A DNA stretch of 64,000 bases from an uncultured Ignavibacteria bacterium (GCA_964580215.1 CAZOJT010000009.1:15991-79990), one strand, 5' to 3'; positions 49,160-61,182 are shown, numbered from the stretch's first letter. Notes: a model not told the origin generated them from the sequence alone. A program made the numbers and translations.

Positions 49160-51031
49160 ATGTTAAACAAAGGGCTTGGTTTGATCCTGATGGTATTAAT
49201 GATGGCTGGGTTTGTATTTATCAGTTGTAGCAAAAAATCGACCAAACATGAACCACCCCCAAACCATGCCCCGCAAGGCTGGTTCTGGCAAAATCCTCTG
49301 CCTCAGGGAAATGACCTTAGAAGTGTTTGTTTTACAGACGCCAATACCGGCTGGGCAGTAGGAGCTGATGGCACAATCCTACACACCACCAATGGTGGAA
49401 GCAATTGGAATGGACAGAATTCTGGAACTTCGAATTGGCTTGAGAGTGTCTATTTTACAGATGCCAATACTGGGTGGGCAGTAGGAGAGGCTGGCACAAT
49501 CTTACACACCACCGACGGAGGAAGTAGCTGGAATCGTCAGAGTTCTGGAACTTCAAATGTTCTTTATAGTGTCTATTTTACAGATGCCAATACCGGCTGG
49601 GCAGTAGGATACCCTGGCACAATCTTACACACCACCGATGGTGGAAGCGATTGGAATGCTCAGAATTCTGGAACTTCAAATTGGTTTTATAGTGTCTATT
49701 TTACAGATGCCAATACTGGCTGGGCAGTAGGATACTCTGGTACAATCGTACACACCACCGATGGTGGAAGCAATTGGAATTCTCAAACCTCTGGAACTTC
49801 ACATTACCTTGAAAGTGTCTATTTTGCGGATGCCAATACTGGCTGGGCAGTAGGAGATGATGGCACAATCTCACACACCACCAATGGAGGAAACAGCTGG
49901 TATGCTCAGAGTTCTGGAACCTCACACGGGCTTCTTAGTGTCTGTTTCACAGATGCCAATACCGGCTGGGCAGTAGGATGGGATGGCACAATCTTACACA
50001 CCACCGATGGTGGAAGCAACTGGAATGCTCAAACCTCTGGAACTACTTCAGATTACCTTGCAGGTGTCTATTTTACAGATGCCAACACTGGCTGGGCAGT
50101 AGGAATGCGTGGCACAATGTTACACACCACCGATGGAGGAAGCAGTTGGAATACTCAGAGTTCTGGAACTTTTAAATCCCTTGAAAGTGTCCATTTTACA
50201 GACGCCAATACCGGCTGGGCAGTAGGATGGGATGGCACAATCTTACACACCACCGATGGAGGAAGCAACTGGAATCTTCAAAGTTGTGGAACCACATCGG
50301 ATCTTAGTAGTGTGTATTTCACAGATGGCAATACTGGCTGGGCAGTAGGAGGTTGGGGCGGGATCGGCACAATCCGACACACCACCGATGGAGGAAGCAA
50401 CTGGAATGCTCAAACCTCTGGAGCTTCACATTACCTTGCAAGTGTCTATTTTACGGATGCCAATACCGGCTGGGTAGTAGGATCTGGTGGCACAATCTTA
50501 CACACCACCGATGGAGGAAGCAACTGGAATGCTCAAGCCTCTGGAACTTCACATTACCTTGAAAGTGTCTATTTTGCGGATGCCAATAACGGCTGGGTAG
50601 TAGGATGGGATGGCACAATCTTGCATACCACCGATGGAGGAAGCAAGTGGAATCCTCAACCTTCTGGAACTTCACGGGACCTTCATAGTGTCTATTTTAC
50701 AGATCCCGATACCGGCTGGGCAGTAGGGGATGGTGGCACAATCTTACGCGCCACTCGTGGTGGTGGAAGCAATTGGCATGCTCAGGATTCTAAAACCACC
50801 AGTCGCCTTAACAGCGTGCATTTCACAGATGCCAATACTGGCTGGGTAGTAGCTGAGGATGGACAAATCGTACACACCACCTCTGGTGGATACAACTGGA
50901 GTCACCAGAATTCTAAAACCGGTTGGGACCTTTACAGCTTGCATTTCACAGATGCCAATACCGGCTGGGCAGTAGGAAGGTATGGGACAATCTTGCACAC
51001 TACAACAGGAGGCGAAACTTCTGGGGAATAA
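49160..51031 (+). CDS. BNR/Ycf48-like lipoprotein, ~15 tandem ~38-aa propeller blades (double beta-propeller), paralogue A
   Basis: Lipoprotein signal (FISC). Repeats follow FTDANTGWAVG..GTILHTTDGGSNWN.Q.SGTS..L.SVY, with BNR/Asp-box TDGGSNW. Confidence 0.8.
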   Translation: MLNKGLGLILMVLMMAGFVFISCSKKSTKHEPPPNHAPQGWFWQNPLPQGNDLRSVCFTDANTGWAVGADGTILHTTNGGSNWNGQNSGTSNWLESVYFTDANTGWAVGEAGTILHTTDGGSSWNRQSSGTSNVLYSVYFTDANTGWAVGYPGTILHTTDGGSDWNAQNSGTSNWFYSVYFTDANTGWAVGYSGTIVHTTDGGSNWNSQTSGTSHYLESVYFADANTGWAVGDDGTISHTTNGGNSWYAQSSGTSHGLLSVCFTDANTGWAVGWDGTILHTTDGGSNWNAQTSGTTSDYLAGVYFTDANTGWAVGMRGTMLHTTDGGSSWNTQSSGTFKSLESVHFTDANTGWAVGWDGTILHTTDGGSNWNLQSCGTTSDLSSVYFTDGNTGWAVGGWGGIGTIRHTTDGGSNWNAQTSGASHYLASVYFTDANTGWVVGSGGTILHTTDGGSNWNAQASGTSHYLESVYFADANNGWVVGWDGTILHTTDGGSKWNPQPSGTSRDLHSVYFTDPDTGWAVGDGGTILRATRGGGSNWHAQDSKTTSRLNSVHFTDANTGWVVAEDGQIVHTTSGGYNWSHQNSKTGWDLYSLHFTDANTGWAVGRYGTILHTTTGGETSGE

Positions 51032-51158
51032 GAGCATGATAGCCATTTTTCGGTTTGCTCGCTTGGAGGATTCCCACCTTATTGCTTGACTTTTTTGTAT
51101 CTTGGGGTTAATTTATATGGAGCGATTGGTTTAAGTAATTAAATAGGAGGATTCCAAA

Positions 51159-53033
51159 ATGTTAAACAAAGGGCTTGGTTTGATCCTGATGGTATTAATG
51201 ATGGCTGGGTTTGTATTTATCAGTTGCAGCAAAAAATCGACCAAACATGAACCACCCCCAAACCCTGCCCCGCAAGGCTGGTTCTGGCAAAATCCTCTGC
51301 CTCAGGGAAATACCCTTAGAAGTGTCTGTTTTACAGACGCTAATACTGGCTGGGCAGTAGGAAGTAGTGGCACAATCTTACACACCACCGATGGAGGAAG
51401 CAACTGGAATGCTCAAACCTCTGGAAATGGGGATTACCTTTATAGTGTCTATTTTACAGATGCCAATACCGGCTGGGCAGTAGGGGGGGAGGAGGCGGAT
51501 GAGGAGTATGGCACAATCTTACACACCACCGATGGTGGAAGCAGCTGGAATGCTCAAACTTCTGGAACCTCATATGACCTTCTTAGTGTCTATTTTACAG
51601 ATGCCAATACCGGCTGGGCAGTAGGAGACTATGGTACAATCTTACACACCACCGATGGAGGAAACAACTGGAATCCTCAACCTTCTGGAACTTCATGTAA
51701 CCTTAACAGTGTGTATTTTACAGATGCCAATACCGGCTGGGCAGTAGGATGGGATGGCAAAATCTTACACACCACCGATGGAGGAAGCAACTGGAATCCT
51801 CAAACCTCTGGAACCTCACACGACCTTTTAAGTGTCTATTTTACAGATGCCAATACCGGCTGGGCAGTAGGATGGGATGGCACAATCTTACACACCACCG
51901 ATGGGGGAAGCAACTGGAATCTTCAAAGTTCTGGAACTGGAGAGCGGCTTCAGAGTGTGTATTTCACAGATGCCAATACTGGCTGGGCAGTAGGAGTGCG
52001 TGGCACAATCTTACACACCACCGATGGAGGAAGCAACTGGAATCCTCAAACCTCTGGAACCTCACACGACCTTTTAAGTGTCTATTTTACAGATGCCAAT
52101 ACCGGCTGGGCAGTAGGATGGGCTGGCACAATCTTACACACCACCGATGGAGGAAGCAACTGGAATGCTCAGAGTTCTGGAACTTCAAAGGGGCTTTATA
52201 GTGTCTATTTTACACATGCCAATACCGGCTGGGCAGTAGGATACTCTGGCACAATCTTACACACCACCGATGGAGGAAGCAACTGGAACACTCAAAGTTC
52301 TGGAACTTCAACTTACCTTTATAGTGTCTATTTTACAGATGCCAATGCCGGCTGGGCAGTAGGATACTCTGGCACAATCTTACACACCACCGCTGGAGGA
52401 AGCAACTGGAATGCTCAAACTTCTGGAACTTCAAAGAGGCTTTTAAGTGTCTATTTTACAGATGTCAATACCGGCTGGGCAGTAGGATACTCTGGTACAA
52501 TCTTACACACCACCAATGGAGGAAACAGCTGGTATGCTCAGAGTTCTGGAACCTCACCCGGGCTTCTTAGTGTCTGTTTTACAGATGCCAATACCGGCTG
52601 GGCAGTAGGATGGGATGGCACAATCTTGCATACCACCGATGGAGGAAGCAACTGGAATCCTCAAACTTCAGGAACTTCATATGGCCTTTATAGTGTCTAT
52701 TTTACAGATGCCAATACCGGCTGGGCAGTAGGAGGGGGTGGCACAATCTTACACACTCACGATGGTGGAAGCAACTGGAATGCTCAACCTTCTGGAACCT
52801 CAGATGACCTTAACAGTGTCTATTTTACAGATGCCAATACCGGCTGGGCAGTAGGAGATGATGGCACAATCTCACACACCACCAATGGAGGAAACAGCTG
52901 GTATGCTCAGAGTTCTGGAACCTCACACGGGCTTCTTAGTGTCTGTTTTACAGATGCCAATACCGGCTGGGCAGTAGGAAGTGGTGGCACAATCTTGCAT
53001 ACCACAACTGGAGGCAAAACTTCTGGGGACTAA
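51159..53033 (+). CDS. BNR/Ycf48-like lipoprotein, paralogue B (tandem duplicate)
   Basis: The first ~280 nt, including the signal peptide, are near-identical to paralogue A. After that the two diverge at variable blade positions. Confidence 0.8.
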   Translation: MLNKGLGLILMVLMMAGFVFISCSKKSTKHEPPPNPAPQGWFWQNPLPQGNTLRSVCFTDANTGWAVGSSGTILHTTDGGSNWNAQTSGNGDYLYSVYFTDANTGWAVGGEEADEEYGTILHTTDGGSSWNAQTSGTSYDLLSVYFTDANTGWAVGDYGTILHTTDGGNNWNPQPSGTSCNLNSVYFTDANTGWAVGWDGKILHTTDGGSNWNPQTSGTSHDLLSVYFTDANTGWAVGWDGTILHTTDGGSNWNLQSSGTGERLQSVYFTDANTGWAVGVRGTILHTTDGGSNWNPQTSGTSHDLLSVYFTDANTGWAVGWAGTILHTTDGGSNWNAQSSGTSKGLYSVYFTHANTGWAVGYSGTILHTTDGGSNWNTQSSGTSTYLYSVYFTDANAGWAVGYSGTILHTTAGGSNWNAQTSGTSKRLLSVYFTDVNTGWAVGYSGTILHTTNGGNSWYAQSSGTSPGLLSVCFTDANTGWAVGWDGTILHTTDGGSNWNPQTSGTSYGLYSVYFTDANTGWAVGGGGTILHTHDGGSNWNAQPSGTSDDLNSVYFTDANTGWAVGDDGTISHTTNGGNSWYAQSSGTSHGLLSVCFTDANTGWAVGSGGTILHTTTGGKTSGD

Positions 53034-53067
53034 GACCAGGACTACTCAATCATCCAGGAATTTCAGC

Positions 53068-53202
53068 CTGTCTGAGAACTACCCTGATCCATTCAATCCT
53101 CAGACAGCCATCCAGTGCACTTTAGCTAAACGAAGCAAAGTCACCCTCAAGGTTTATGATTTATTGGGTCAGGAAATCAGGCTGTGTTTCAGGTTGGGAT
53201 AA
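53068..53202 (+). pseudogene. orphan, out-of-frame and 3'-truncated T9SS C-terminal sorting domain remnant
   Basis: Encodes LSENYPDPFNPQTAIQCTLAKRSKVTLKVYDLLGQEIR, then terminates early. It is in the +1 frame relative to BNR-B and lies after that gene's stop codon. Confidence 0.6.
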
Positions 53203-53227
53203 CAATATGCCAACACAACAAATCACA

Positions 53228-53257
53228 AAAAAATCAGGGTGGAGTTGAAGCTCCACC
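53228..53257 (-). terminator. rho-independent terminator of atpC (minus strand)
   Basis: gggtggag…ctccaccc stem; the minus strand reads hairpin + TTTTTTT. Confidence 0.5.
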
Positions 53258-53291
53258 CCTACAATCTTTAATTCGCACCAAGAATTTCTGT

Positions 53292-53708
53292 TTATTCCTG
53301 TTGACCCATTTGGATAGCTTCACAAAGACGGCATCTGTTCTCTGCTCGATGCAAAGCCGTCAGAGCACGGGGAATGTCGATTTCCTTCTCCTTTGATCTC
53401 AACCTTTGCCTGGCTCGCTCCAAAGCTTTCTTGGCTCTTTCGTAATCTATGTCATCAACGAATTCAATGGAATGTGCTAAAATAGTTACCTGGTTCTTAA
53501 ACACCTCCATGAAGCCACCACCGATGGCAAAGAACAACTCCTGATTTTTGTCATCTTTTACCGTGAGCTTGCCCGGAACCAAAGCGGTGATCAAAGGAGC
53601 ATGATCGGTTAGAACCCCCAGGTATCCTTCAGAGCCGGGAGCGATGAGGGAGACCACGTCATCTTCATAAAATATTTTCTCTGGCGTTACGATAGTCAGC
53701 AGATACAT
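53292..53708 (-). CDS. atpC: F1 ATP synthase epsilon subunit
   Basis: 138 aa with a beta-sandwich N-terminus and helical C-terminus pattern, in the last position of the atp operon. Confidence 0.85.
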   Translation of the reverse strand: MYLLTIVTPEKIFYEDDVVSLIAPGSEGYLGVLTDHAPLITALVPGKLTVKDDKNQELFFAIGGGFMEVFKNQVTILAHSIEFVDDIDYERAKKALERARQRLRSKEKEIDIPRALTALHRAENRCRLCEAIQMGQQE

Positions 53709-53915
53709 GTTATTTGACTTTCTTTCGCCCCGCCAAAGGCGGGACAGCTACCATTTTTGCCGCGTGGTGAAAATCAGTTTATAGGGCGGGATGAATTCCC
53801 GCCCCTATGGGGGGTATTCGTTTATCATCTCCTACGTATCCTGCGGACATAGGGCAGGGCATTCAGCCCTGCCAATAAGATATTTAACCGGTCCCTGAAA
53901 GTTTACAAACCAATT

Positions 53916-55355
<1,440 letters not shown>

Positions 55356-55396
55356 TCAAGTTACGTCTTTTGAAAAAATACCTGGGAAAAAAGAAT

Positions 55397-55745
55397 CTGG
55401 AGTGTTCACCTTTAGGTGAACTATGTTTAGGTGAACCCATGCAAAAGTTCGTTATCTTCAAGCGGTTTTCCACAGGATCCATAGAGCAAGTTAAGCTAAA
55501 GGGATTGGTGAAAGAGTGCCTTACACGCTTTAATCGGCGAGAAGTGATCGTAGGGACAGCCCTTGCTTCGCACTGAGTGCGCTCAGCACGTAGTGTGGCT
55601 GTCCTCCTTAGAGTTAGGACAGGGACAAGCCCTGTCCCTACGTAAGAACTTCTCCACAAAATCGCTTTTTCAACAACCCCTAAAGATTGACACTCCAGCA
55701 AACCTCTCCACATCTGACTTTTTCAGAACTCTTTAAGTGATCTTT
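55397..55745. repeat. composite repeat block between atpD and atpG
   Basis: GGAGTGTTCACCTTTAGGTGAAC … GACACTCCAGC ends enclose a nested GTAGGGACAG…CTGTCCCTAC palindrome family. Ends with a CTTTTTCAGA motif. Confidence 0.5.
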
Positions 55746-55775
55746 CCTGAAATTTATCCTTTATTTCTATTCTAT

Positions 55776-56639
55776 CTATCCTTTCAAAGCTTCCGCTCCT
55801 GTGGTGATCTCCAGCATCTCCTTGGTGATGGATGCCTGTCTCAGTTTGTTCATGACCAGGGTGAGATGCTCCATCATCTCCTCAGCATTTTGGGTTGCCG
55901 CACCCATGGAGATCATGCGAGAACTATGCTCTGAGGCAAAAGACTCCGCTACAGCCATCTGAACCCGGGTCATACAATAGTTGGGTAGGAGGCTTGAAAA
56001 AATCTTTTGCGGATCAGGCTCGAAAATATAATCCACGAAACCTTCCTTACCTTCATCCTTGACGTGACTTTCTATGTTAAGAAACTTCACGGTAGTAACC
56101 TTATAAGTAACCGCGGAGAGGAATCTGGTGTAGATAAAATGGATCCCGTCTACCTCTTTCGAAAGGAAGAGGTTGACTAAATCATTGGTGATATTCTTGA
56201 CCTGTGCCAGATTCAAGTCCCCTCCCAGACCCAGATATTTCAGTCTGATCTCCCAGGGTTTTTTCAAATAATAAGTATATCCCTTCCTACCGATGATCGT
56301 TAAAACCACCTTGTCTTTTTCGAATTCTTTTAAAAATTTGTCTGCTTCATGTATGACGTTGTGATTATAAGACCCGCATAATCCCCGATCTGAGGTGACT
56401 ACTACCAATCCCACCTTCTTCACCTCCCTTTTCTCGAAGAGAGGATGAGTAAGTGTAGCGGTTGCTTGAGTCAGATTATCCAGCATGGCGTGCATCTTGG
56501 AAGCATAGGGACGGGATGATTCCACCCTGGTTTGAGCCTTTCTCAACTTTGCCGCCGCCACCATCTCCATGGCTTTGGTGATCTGCTGAGTTCCCTGAAC
56601 GCTTCTTATTCTTCTTCTTAAATCTCTTAGGGTTGCCAT
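55776..56639 (-). CDS. atpG: F1 ATP synthase gamma subunit
   Basis: N-terminus MATLRDLRRRIRSVQGTQQITKAMEMVAAAKLRKAQ. Confidence 0.9.
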   Translation of the reverse strand: MATLRDLRRRIRSVQGTQQITKAMEMVAAAKLRKAQTRVESSRPYASKMHAMLDNLTQATATLTHPLFEKREVKKVGLVVVTSDRGLCGSYNHNVIHEADKFLKEFEKDKVVLTIIGRKGYTYYLKKPWEIRLKYLGLGGDLNLAQVKNITNDLVNLFLSKEVDGIHFIYTRFLSAVTYKVTTVKFLNIESHVKDEGKEGFVDYIFEPDPQKIFSSLLPNYCMTRVQMAVAESFASEHSSRMISMGAATQNAEEMMEHLTLVMNKLRQASITKEMLEITTGAEALKG

Positions 56640-56827
56640 GTTGTTATTACCCCCTCACCCTTTCCCTCTCCCCCAGGGGAGAGGGGATAGCTTCATAGAG
56701 GATGCGGCTACCTCTTTACCTTGTCGTTTAATGAGCGCATTTTGGTAGCCGCAGGTCATTTGACTCAAATGAGCTTCAGCCTGCGTTTTGGGTTTTTAAT
56801 CCATACGAGGATTCTAAATTTCGACCG

Positions 56828-58363
56828 TCAAGCCTTTGACTCATTATGTCCGAGCTTGGCTTTAAATCCTTCTTTAAATTTTTTTATAGCTTCGTTTAAT
56901 TTTTTCTCTGTGTTCTCATCTAAATTTTTGCTGGTGGCGATGGTGTGCCCCACGTCCGGATACTCTTTTTCCATGAAGGGATAAAATTCCTCTTCAAATT
57001 TCTTTACCGCTTCTACGGGAAGATCATCCAGATAACCATGCGTGGCGACGTAAATTATCATCACCTGTTTTTCCACCGACATGGGCACATATTGTCCCTG
57101 TTTTAAAATCTCCACGGTCCTTTCGCCACGGACAAGATAAGCTTTAGTAGCTTTATCCAACTCTGTTCCAAACTGAGTGAAGGCGGCCAGCTCACGATAT
57201 TGCGCCAGATCAAGCCGGAGCCTTCCTGCCACCTTTCTCATAGCCTTCACCTGAGCTTTTCCTCCAACCCGTGACACAGATATGCCCACGTTGATGGCTG
57301 GTCTCACCCCGGCGTAAAATAGGTCTGTTTCCAGATAAATCTGTCCATCGGTGATAGAGATAACATTGGTGGGGATGTAAGCGGTTACGTCTCCAGCTTG
57401 GATTTCAACAATCGGTATGGCAGTGAGGGAACCGCTTCCCAGCTCGTCACACAATTTCGCCGCCCTCTCCAAAAGTCGGGAGTGGAGGTAAAAAATATCA
57501 CCCGGAAAAGCTTCTCTTCCCGGTGGACGTCTTAAAAGCAGGGACATCTGGCGATAGGCTTGGGCATGTTTGGTTAAATCATCGTAGAATACCACCACAT
57601 GCTTTCCATTATACAAAAATTCTTCCCCCATAGCACAACCGGCATAGGGAGCGATATATTGAAGAGGTGCAGGTTCGTCAGCGGTAGCTACAACCACAGT
57701 GGTATACTCCATAGCTTGATGATCTTCAAGCGTCTTTATCAGTTGAGCCACAGTGGAGGCTTTTTGTCCTATAGCGACATATATGCAATAAAGATCAGTA
57801 TCCTTCTGGTTGAGTATTGTATCCACCATCAAAGCGGTCTTTCCGGTCTGTCGATCTCCGATTATGAGTTCTCTCTGTCCTCTGCCTATGGGTATCATGG
57901 AATCGATGGCTTTAAGTCCGGTCTGAACTGGCTCATTTACCGGTCTCCGCTGAACCACATTGGGTGCCCTCCCCTCAATGGGGCGGAACTTTTTGGCGAC
58001 GATGGGACCTTTTCCATCCAGAGGCTGACCCAGAGCATTCACCACCCTCCCTATCAGGGCCTCTCCCACCGGCACCGAGGCAATCTTTCCCGTTCGGGTG
58101 ACCCGGTCTCCTTCCTTGATCTCATCATACGGACCCAGGATGGCGGCGCCAACATTGTCCTCCTCCAAATTGAGTATCATCCCGGTCACATCGTTGGGGA
58201 ATTTGATCAATTCGCTCATCATAGCATCTTCCAAACCCCAGATGCGGGCAATCCCATCCCCCACCTGCAGCACCGTCCCCACACTCTCCATCTTCAGTTT
58301 GGTCTCGTATTTCTCGATCTCCTTCTGGATAATTGAGCTTACCTCTTCCGGATTCAAAGGCAT
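56828..58363 (-). CDS. atpA: F1 ATP synthase alpha subunit
   Basis: P-loop GDRQTGKT; 511 aa. Confidence 0.95.
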   Translation of the reverse strand: MPLNPEEVSSIIQKEIEKYETKLKMESVGTVLQVGDGIARIWGLEDAMMSELIKFPNDVTGMILNLEEDNVGAAILGPYDEIKEGDRVTRTGKIASVPVGEALIGRVVNALGQPLDGKGPIVAKKFRPIEGRAPNVVQRRPVNEPVQTGLKAIDSMIPIGRGQRELIIGDRQTGKTALMVDTILNQKDTDLYCIYVAIGQKASTVAQLIKTLEDHQAMEYTTVVVATADEPAPLQYIAPYAGCAMGEEFLYNGKHVVVFYDDLTKHAQAYRQMSLLLRRPPGREAFPGDIFYLHSRLLERAAKLCDELGSGSLTAIPIVEIQAGDVTAYIPTNVISITDGQIYLETDLFYAGVRPAINVGISVSRVGGKAQVKAMRKVAGRLRLDLAQYRELAAFTQFGTELDKATKAYLVRGERTVEILKQGQYVPMSVEKQVMIIYVATHGYLDDLPVEAVKKFEEEFYPFMEKEYPDVGHTIATSKNLDENTEKKLNEAIKKFKEGFKAKLGHNESKA

Positions 58364-58463
58364 AAAGAAGCTCCCTCCGTTGTTTTTTATATTATTTCTT
58401 TTTCAAAAATCCTGGTTTCCTACTGTTTAAGAGGTCTCAGAAAAACCGCAAGGATAAAAGAAT

Positions 58464-58830
58464 TTGGAGTGTCCCGCTTCCTTCGACAAGCTCAGGACGG
58501 TGAGCAAAGTCGAACCGTTAGCGGGACCATGTAAAAGTTCGTTGTCTTTTCCCCGCCAAAGGCGGGGATCCTGAGGACAGGAGGTTTTCCGCAGGTCAGT
58601 TGTTCATTTGAGTCCATAGGAACTCAAATGAGGTCCATAGGACAGGTCAAGCTAAAGGAACTGTTGAAAAACCTTATTGGCAGGGCTAAATGCCCTGCCC
58701 TATGGATGATAGGTTATTGTCGCTCATAGAGGCGGGAATTTATCCCGCCTCAAAGTTTGGCTTTTTCAACAAGCCCTAAAGTTTGACACTCCAGCAAAAC
58801 CTCTCCCCATTTGACTTTTTCAGAGCTCTC
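58464..58830. repeat. composite repeat block between atpA and atpH
   Basis: GGAGTGTCCCGC… and …GACACTCCAGCAAAACCTCTCC…CTTTTTCAGAGCTC ends enclose the CCCCGCCAAAGGCGGGG hairpin, a CCGCAGGTCAGTTG…CTCAAATGAG element and a GGCAGGGC…GCCCTGCC palindrome. Confidence 0.5.
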
Positions 58831-58882
58831 TTTAAAAAATGTTGACATAACTTTTTGTTTTATTATGAGGATGATTGACCCA

Positions 58883-59431
58883 CTAATATACCCGTAGTGT
58901 TGTCATTTGTTCCTTCAGTTGATTTAATTGATACCGGATGCTTCTGTCTATTATCTTATCACCCAGGATAACCACGATGCCACCTAACAGATGGGGATCT
59001 ATCTCAAGCTTTATCTCCACCTTTTTGCCTGTGTTTTTTTCCAACTCCTGCCTGATCTGATCCACCAGAGCTTGGTCTACACCGCGGGCGGTGATCAGGC
59101 GAGCTTCAACTATGCCTTGATCCTCCTTGAGCAGTCGCTGAAACTCCTCCGCCATGGACAGAAAATATTGGATTCTGTGCTTGCTTACCACCAGCATTAA
59201 AAATGATAACAAAGCCTCCGAAACCTGTGGCTTGAAGGTAGAGTTGAGAAGTTCTTTTTTGTCTTTCTCCAGCACCTGGGGAGACTCAAGGAAGTTTTTA
59301 AGAAGTGGATTTTTCCTCAGAAGATTGGAGAGTGCTTCCAGATCGTGGGAAATGCTTTCTATCTGATTGGTCCTCTTGGCGGTGCGGAAAAGGGCGGTGG
59401 CATATTTTATGGCGACTTTTGACTCTATCAT
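58883..59431 (-). CDS. atpH: F1 ATP synthase delta subunit (OSCP)
   Basis: 182-aa helical protein between atpF and atpA; overlaps the atpF stop. Confidence 0.8.
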   Translation of the reverse strand: MIESKVAIKYATALFRTAKRTNQIESISHDLEALSNLLRKNPLLKNFLESPQVLEKDKKELLNSTFKPQVSEALLSFLMLVVSKHRIQYFLSMAEEFQRLLKEDQGIVEARLITARGVDQALVDQIRQELEKNTGKKVEIKLEIDPHLLGGIVVILGDKIIDRSIRYQLNQLKEQMTTLRVY

Positions 59432-59928
59432 TTAAAGCCTTCAACCTTTCCCTTCTTCATTTCATCCACAAACTGAGCGACCAGCCGTCGATCCTTTTCT
59501 TGATCCAGTTTCTCCTGAATGAGCTTTTCTGCCAGATGCAGGGTCATGTTGACCACATCGTCTCGCAGTTGAACCTTGGCTTTATCTAAATCCCTTTGGA
59601 TATCCTCCCTGGTTCTGGTGACGATCTGTTTGGCTTCCCCTCTGGCGTTCTCTTTTATTTCATTTGCCAGCTTCTGTCCATCTCTGGCCGCCTCCTGGAT
59701 TTTCGCCCGGGCAAGAGAGTCGATCTCCTTAAGCTTGGTCTGATAATCGGAGTAAAGCTTCTCCGTTTTTTTTCTCTCTTTCTCGATGCTGTCAAATTCC
59801 CCTTTTATCTTACTTCTTCTCTCCTCAAGCATGGAGAGAAGCGGTTTCCAGGCAAACTTTTTCAGGATTATGACAGCTATCACAAATCCAATAATGTGGG
59901 TGATAATCTGACCGAATTCAAGACCCAT
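59428..59928 (-). CDS. atpF: Fo ATP synthase b subunit
   Basis: Single N-terminal TM helix followed by a long charged coiled coil. Confidence 0.85.
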   Translation of the reverse strand: MGLEFGQIITHIIGFVIAVIILKKFAWKPLLSMLEERRSKIKGEFDSIEKERKKTEKLYSDYQTKLKEIDSLARAKIQEAARDGQKLANEIKENARGEAKQIVTRTREDIQRDLDKAKVQLRDDVVNMTLHLAEKLIQEKLDQEKDRRLVAQFVDEMKKGKVEGFK

Positions 59929-60003
59929 AGAGAAACCTCTGTCCGCGGTCCGCCATCCACAGACCGCCGACTAAGAAAGTGATATGTTTCTCGATCTTCC
60001 CTC

Positions 60004-60237
60004 TTAAGAGATCTTGCCCTGCAATACAAACACGGTGACAAGAGCATAGATGGTGAGCGCCTCGATCAGAGCACACCCGATTATCATTCCCAACTGAATC
60101 TTTGCCGCCGCCTCCGGCTGTCGTCCCATAGCCTCCATGGCAGCAGAGACTGCCCGACCCAGCCCAAAGGCAGACCCTATGGCGGCGATGGCTAAGCCCA
60201 AGGGAAGAAATATAGCTAAAGCAGTTTGGTAAGTCAT
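60004..60237 (-). CDS. atpE: Fo ATP synthase c subunit
   Basis: 77-aa hairpin of two TM helices with a conserved carboxylate (…CALIEAL…). An SD (gaaggagg) precedes the start. Confidence 0.9.
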   Translation of the reverse strand: MTYQTALAIFLPLGLAIAAIGSAFGLGRAVSAAMEAMGRQPEAAAKIQLGMIIGCALIEALTIYALVTVFVLQGKIS

Positions 60238-60254
60238 CTAACCTCCTTCATAAA

Positions 60255-60296
60255 AGGTTCAAAGGTTCAAAAGTTCAAGAGTTCAATGTTCCTCGT
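60255..60296. repeat. GGTTCAA heptamer tandem repeat (atpB-atpE spacer)
   Basis: aggttcaaaggttcaaaagttcaagagttcaatgttcc. Confidence 0.7.
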
Positions 60297-61092
60297 GTGG
60301 CAACATTAGAGAAAAATATATGGTTGAAAGCAAAGTGAAAACCAAAGCCTGAATGGCTCCGGTTAACAAAGCCAAAAATAAAAAAGGTAACTGAAAAGGT
60401 ATGCCCACAGGCAGATGGATAAAGCCTAAAGCGCTCACCCCTAATCCCACAAACACGGTGATCAAAACGTCCTCACCGGTGATGTTGCCGAAAAGTCGAA
60501 GAGACAGGCTCAACGGCTTTGCCAGCTCCTCTATTATGTGAATGGGTATGTTGATGGGGACCAAAAGCCAGGTGACCACATCCTGGGGGTCACCCGCCAT
60601 ATGTCTGAGATAGCCTACAAGTCCCAGGTTTCTTATGCCAGTATACTGCACATAGAAAAACACGCAAAGCGCCAAAGAGACAGTGGTATTGAGATTAGAG
60701 GTGGGCGATTTCATCCCGGGAATCAACCCGAAAAAGTTCATGCAAAGAATGTATATAAAAAGTGTTCCCAAAAAGGGGGTGAATCTTCTGCCCTGAGGTC
60801 CCAAGATCCCGCATACGAAATTGTCCAGCGCCTCCACCACCATCTCAACTAAATTTTGTAATCTCCCCGGCAGGATGGATCTTTTCCGATAAACCAGATA
60901 CGCCACCAGACACAGCATGATCACAACCATCCAGGAGAAGATCACATTCTCCCAGTGATGCAGAAATCCGACGAAAGCTACCTCCCCAAACTTATGATAA
61001 AGAAAGGTGATAAAATTTGGAAGTTCCGGTGCGCCCTCCCGGGCTTTCTCCGCTGCGTGTTTGGCTAATTCTTCAGTTAACATTAAGTTCAA
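60283..61092 (-). CDS. atpB: Fo ATP synthase a subunit
   Basis: Multi-TM protein with the conserved Arg-containing helix (LSLRLFGNI). Confidence 0.9.
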   Translation of the reverse strand: MNLMLTEELAKHAAEKAREGAPELPNFITFLYHKFGEVAFVGFLHHWENVIFSWMVVIMLCLVAYLVYRKRSILPGRLQNLVEMVVEALDNFVCGILGPQGRRFTPFLGTLFIYILCMNFFGLIPGMKSPTSNLNTTVSLALCVFFYVQYTGIRNLGLVGYLRHMAGDPQDVVTWLLVPINIPIHIIEELAKPLSLSLRLFGNITGEDVLITVFVGLGVSALGFIHLPVGIPFQLPFLFLALLTGAIQALVFTLLSTIYFSLMLPHEEH

Positions 61093-61149
61093 AGGTAACC
61101 ATTCCCTTTCTAAAAGATTGCTTTCCGCTCCTTAGCGAGCGGATTAAGA

Positions 61150-61182
61150 TTTAACCTTAAACCTTAGACCTTAAACCTTAAC
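61150..61182. repeat. AACCTTA/GGTTTAA heptamer tandem repeat (atpI-atpB spacer)
   Basis: tttaaccttaaaccttagaccttaaaccttaac. Confidence 0.6.

Noticed and set aside
49160-53033. Diversity-generating retroelement targeting the variable blade positions of the BNR paralogues
   Set aside because: No reverse transcriptase, template repeat or adenine-specific substitution pattern is visible in the window. The variation is more simply explained by paralogue divergence.
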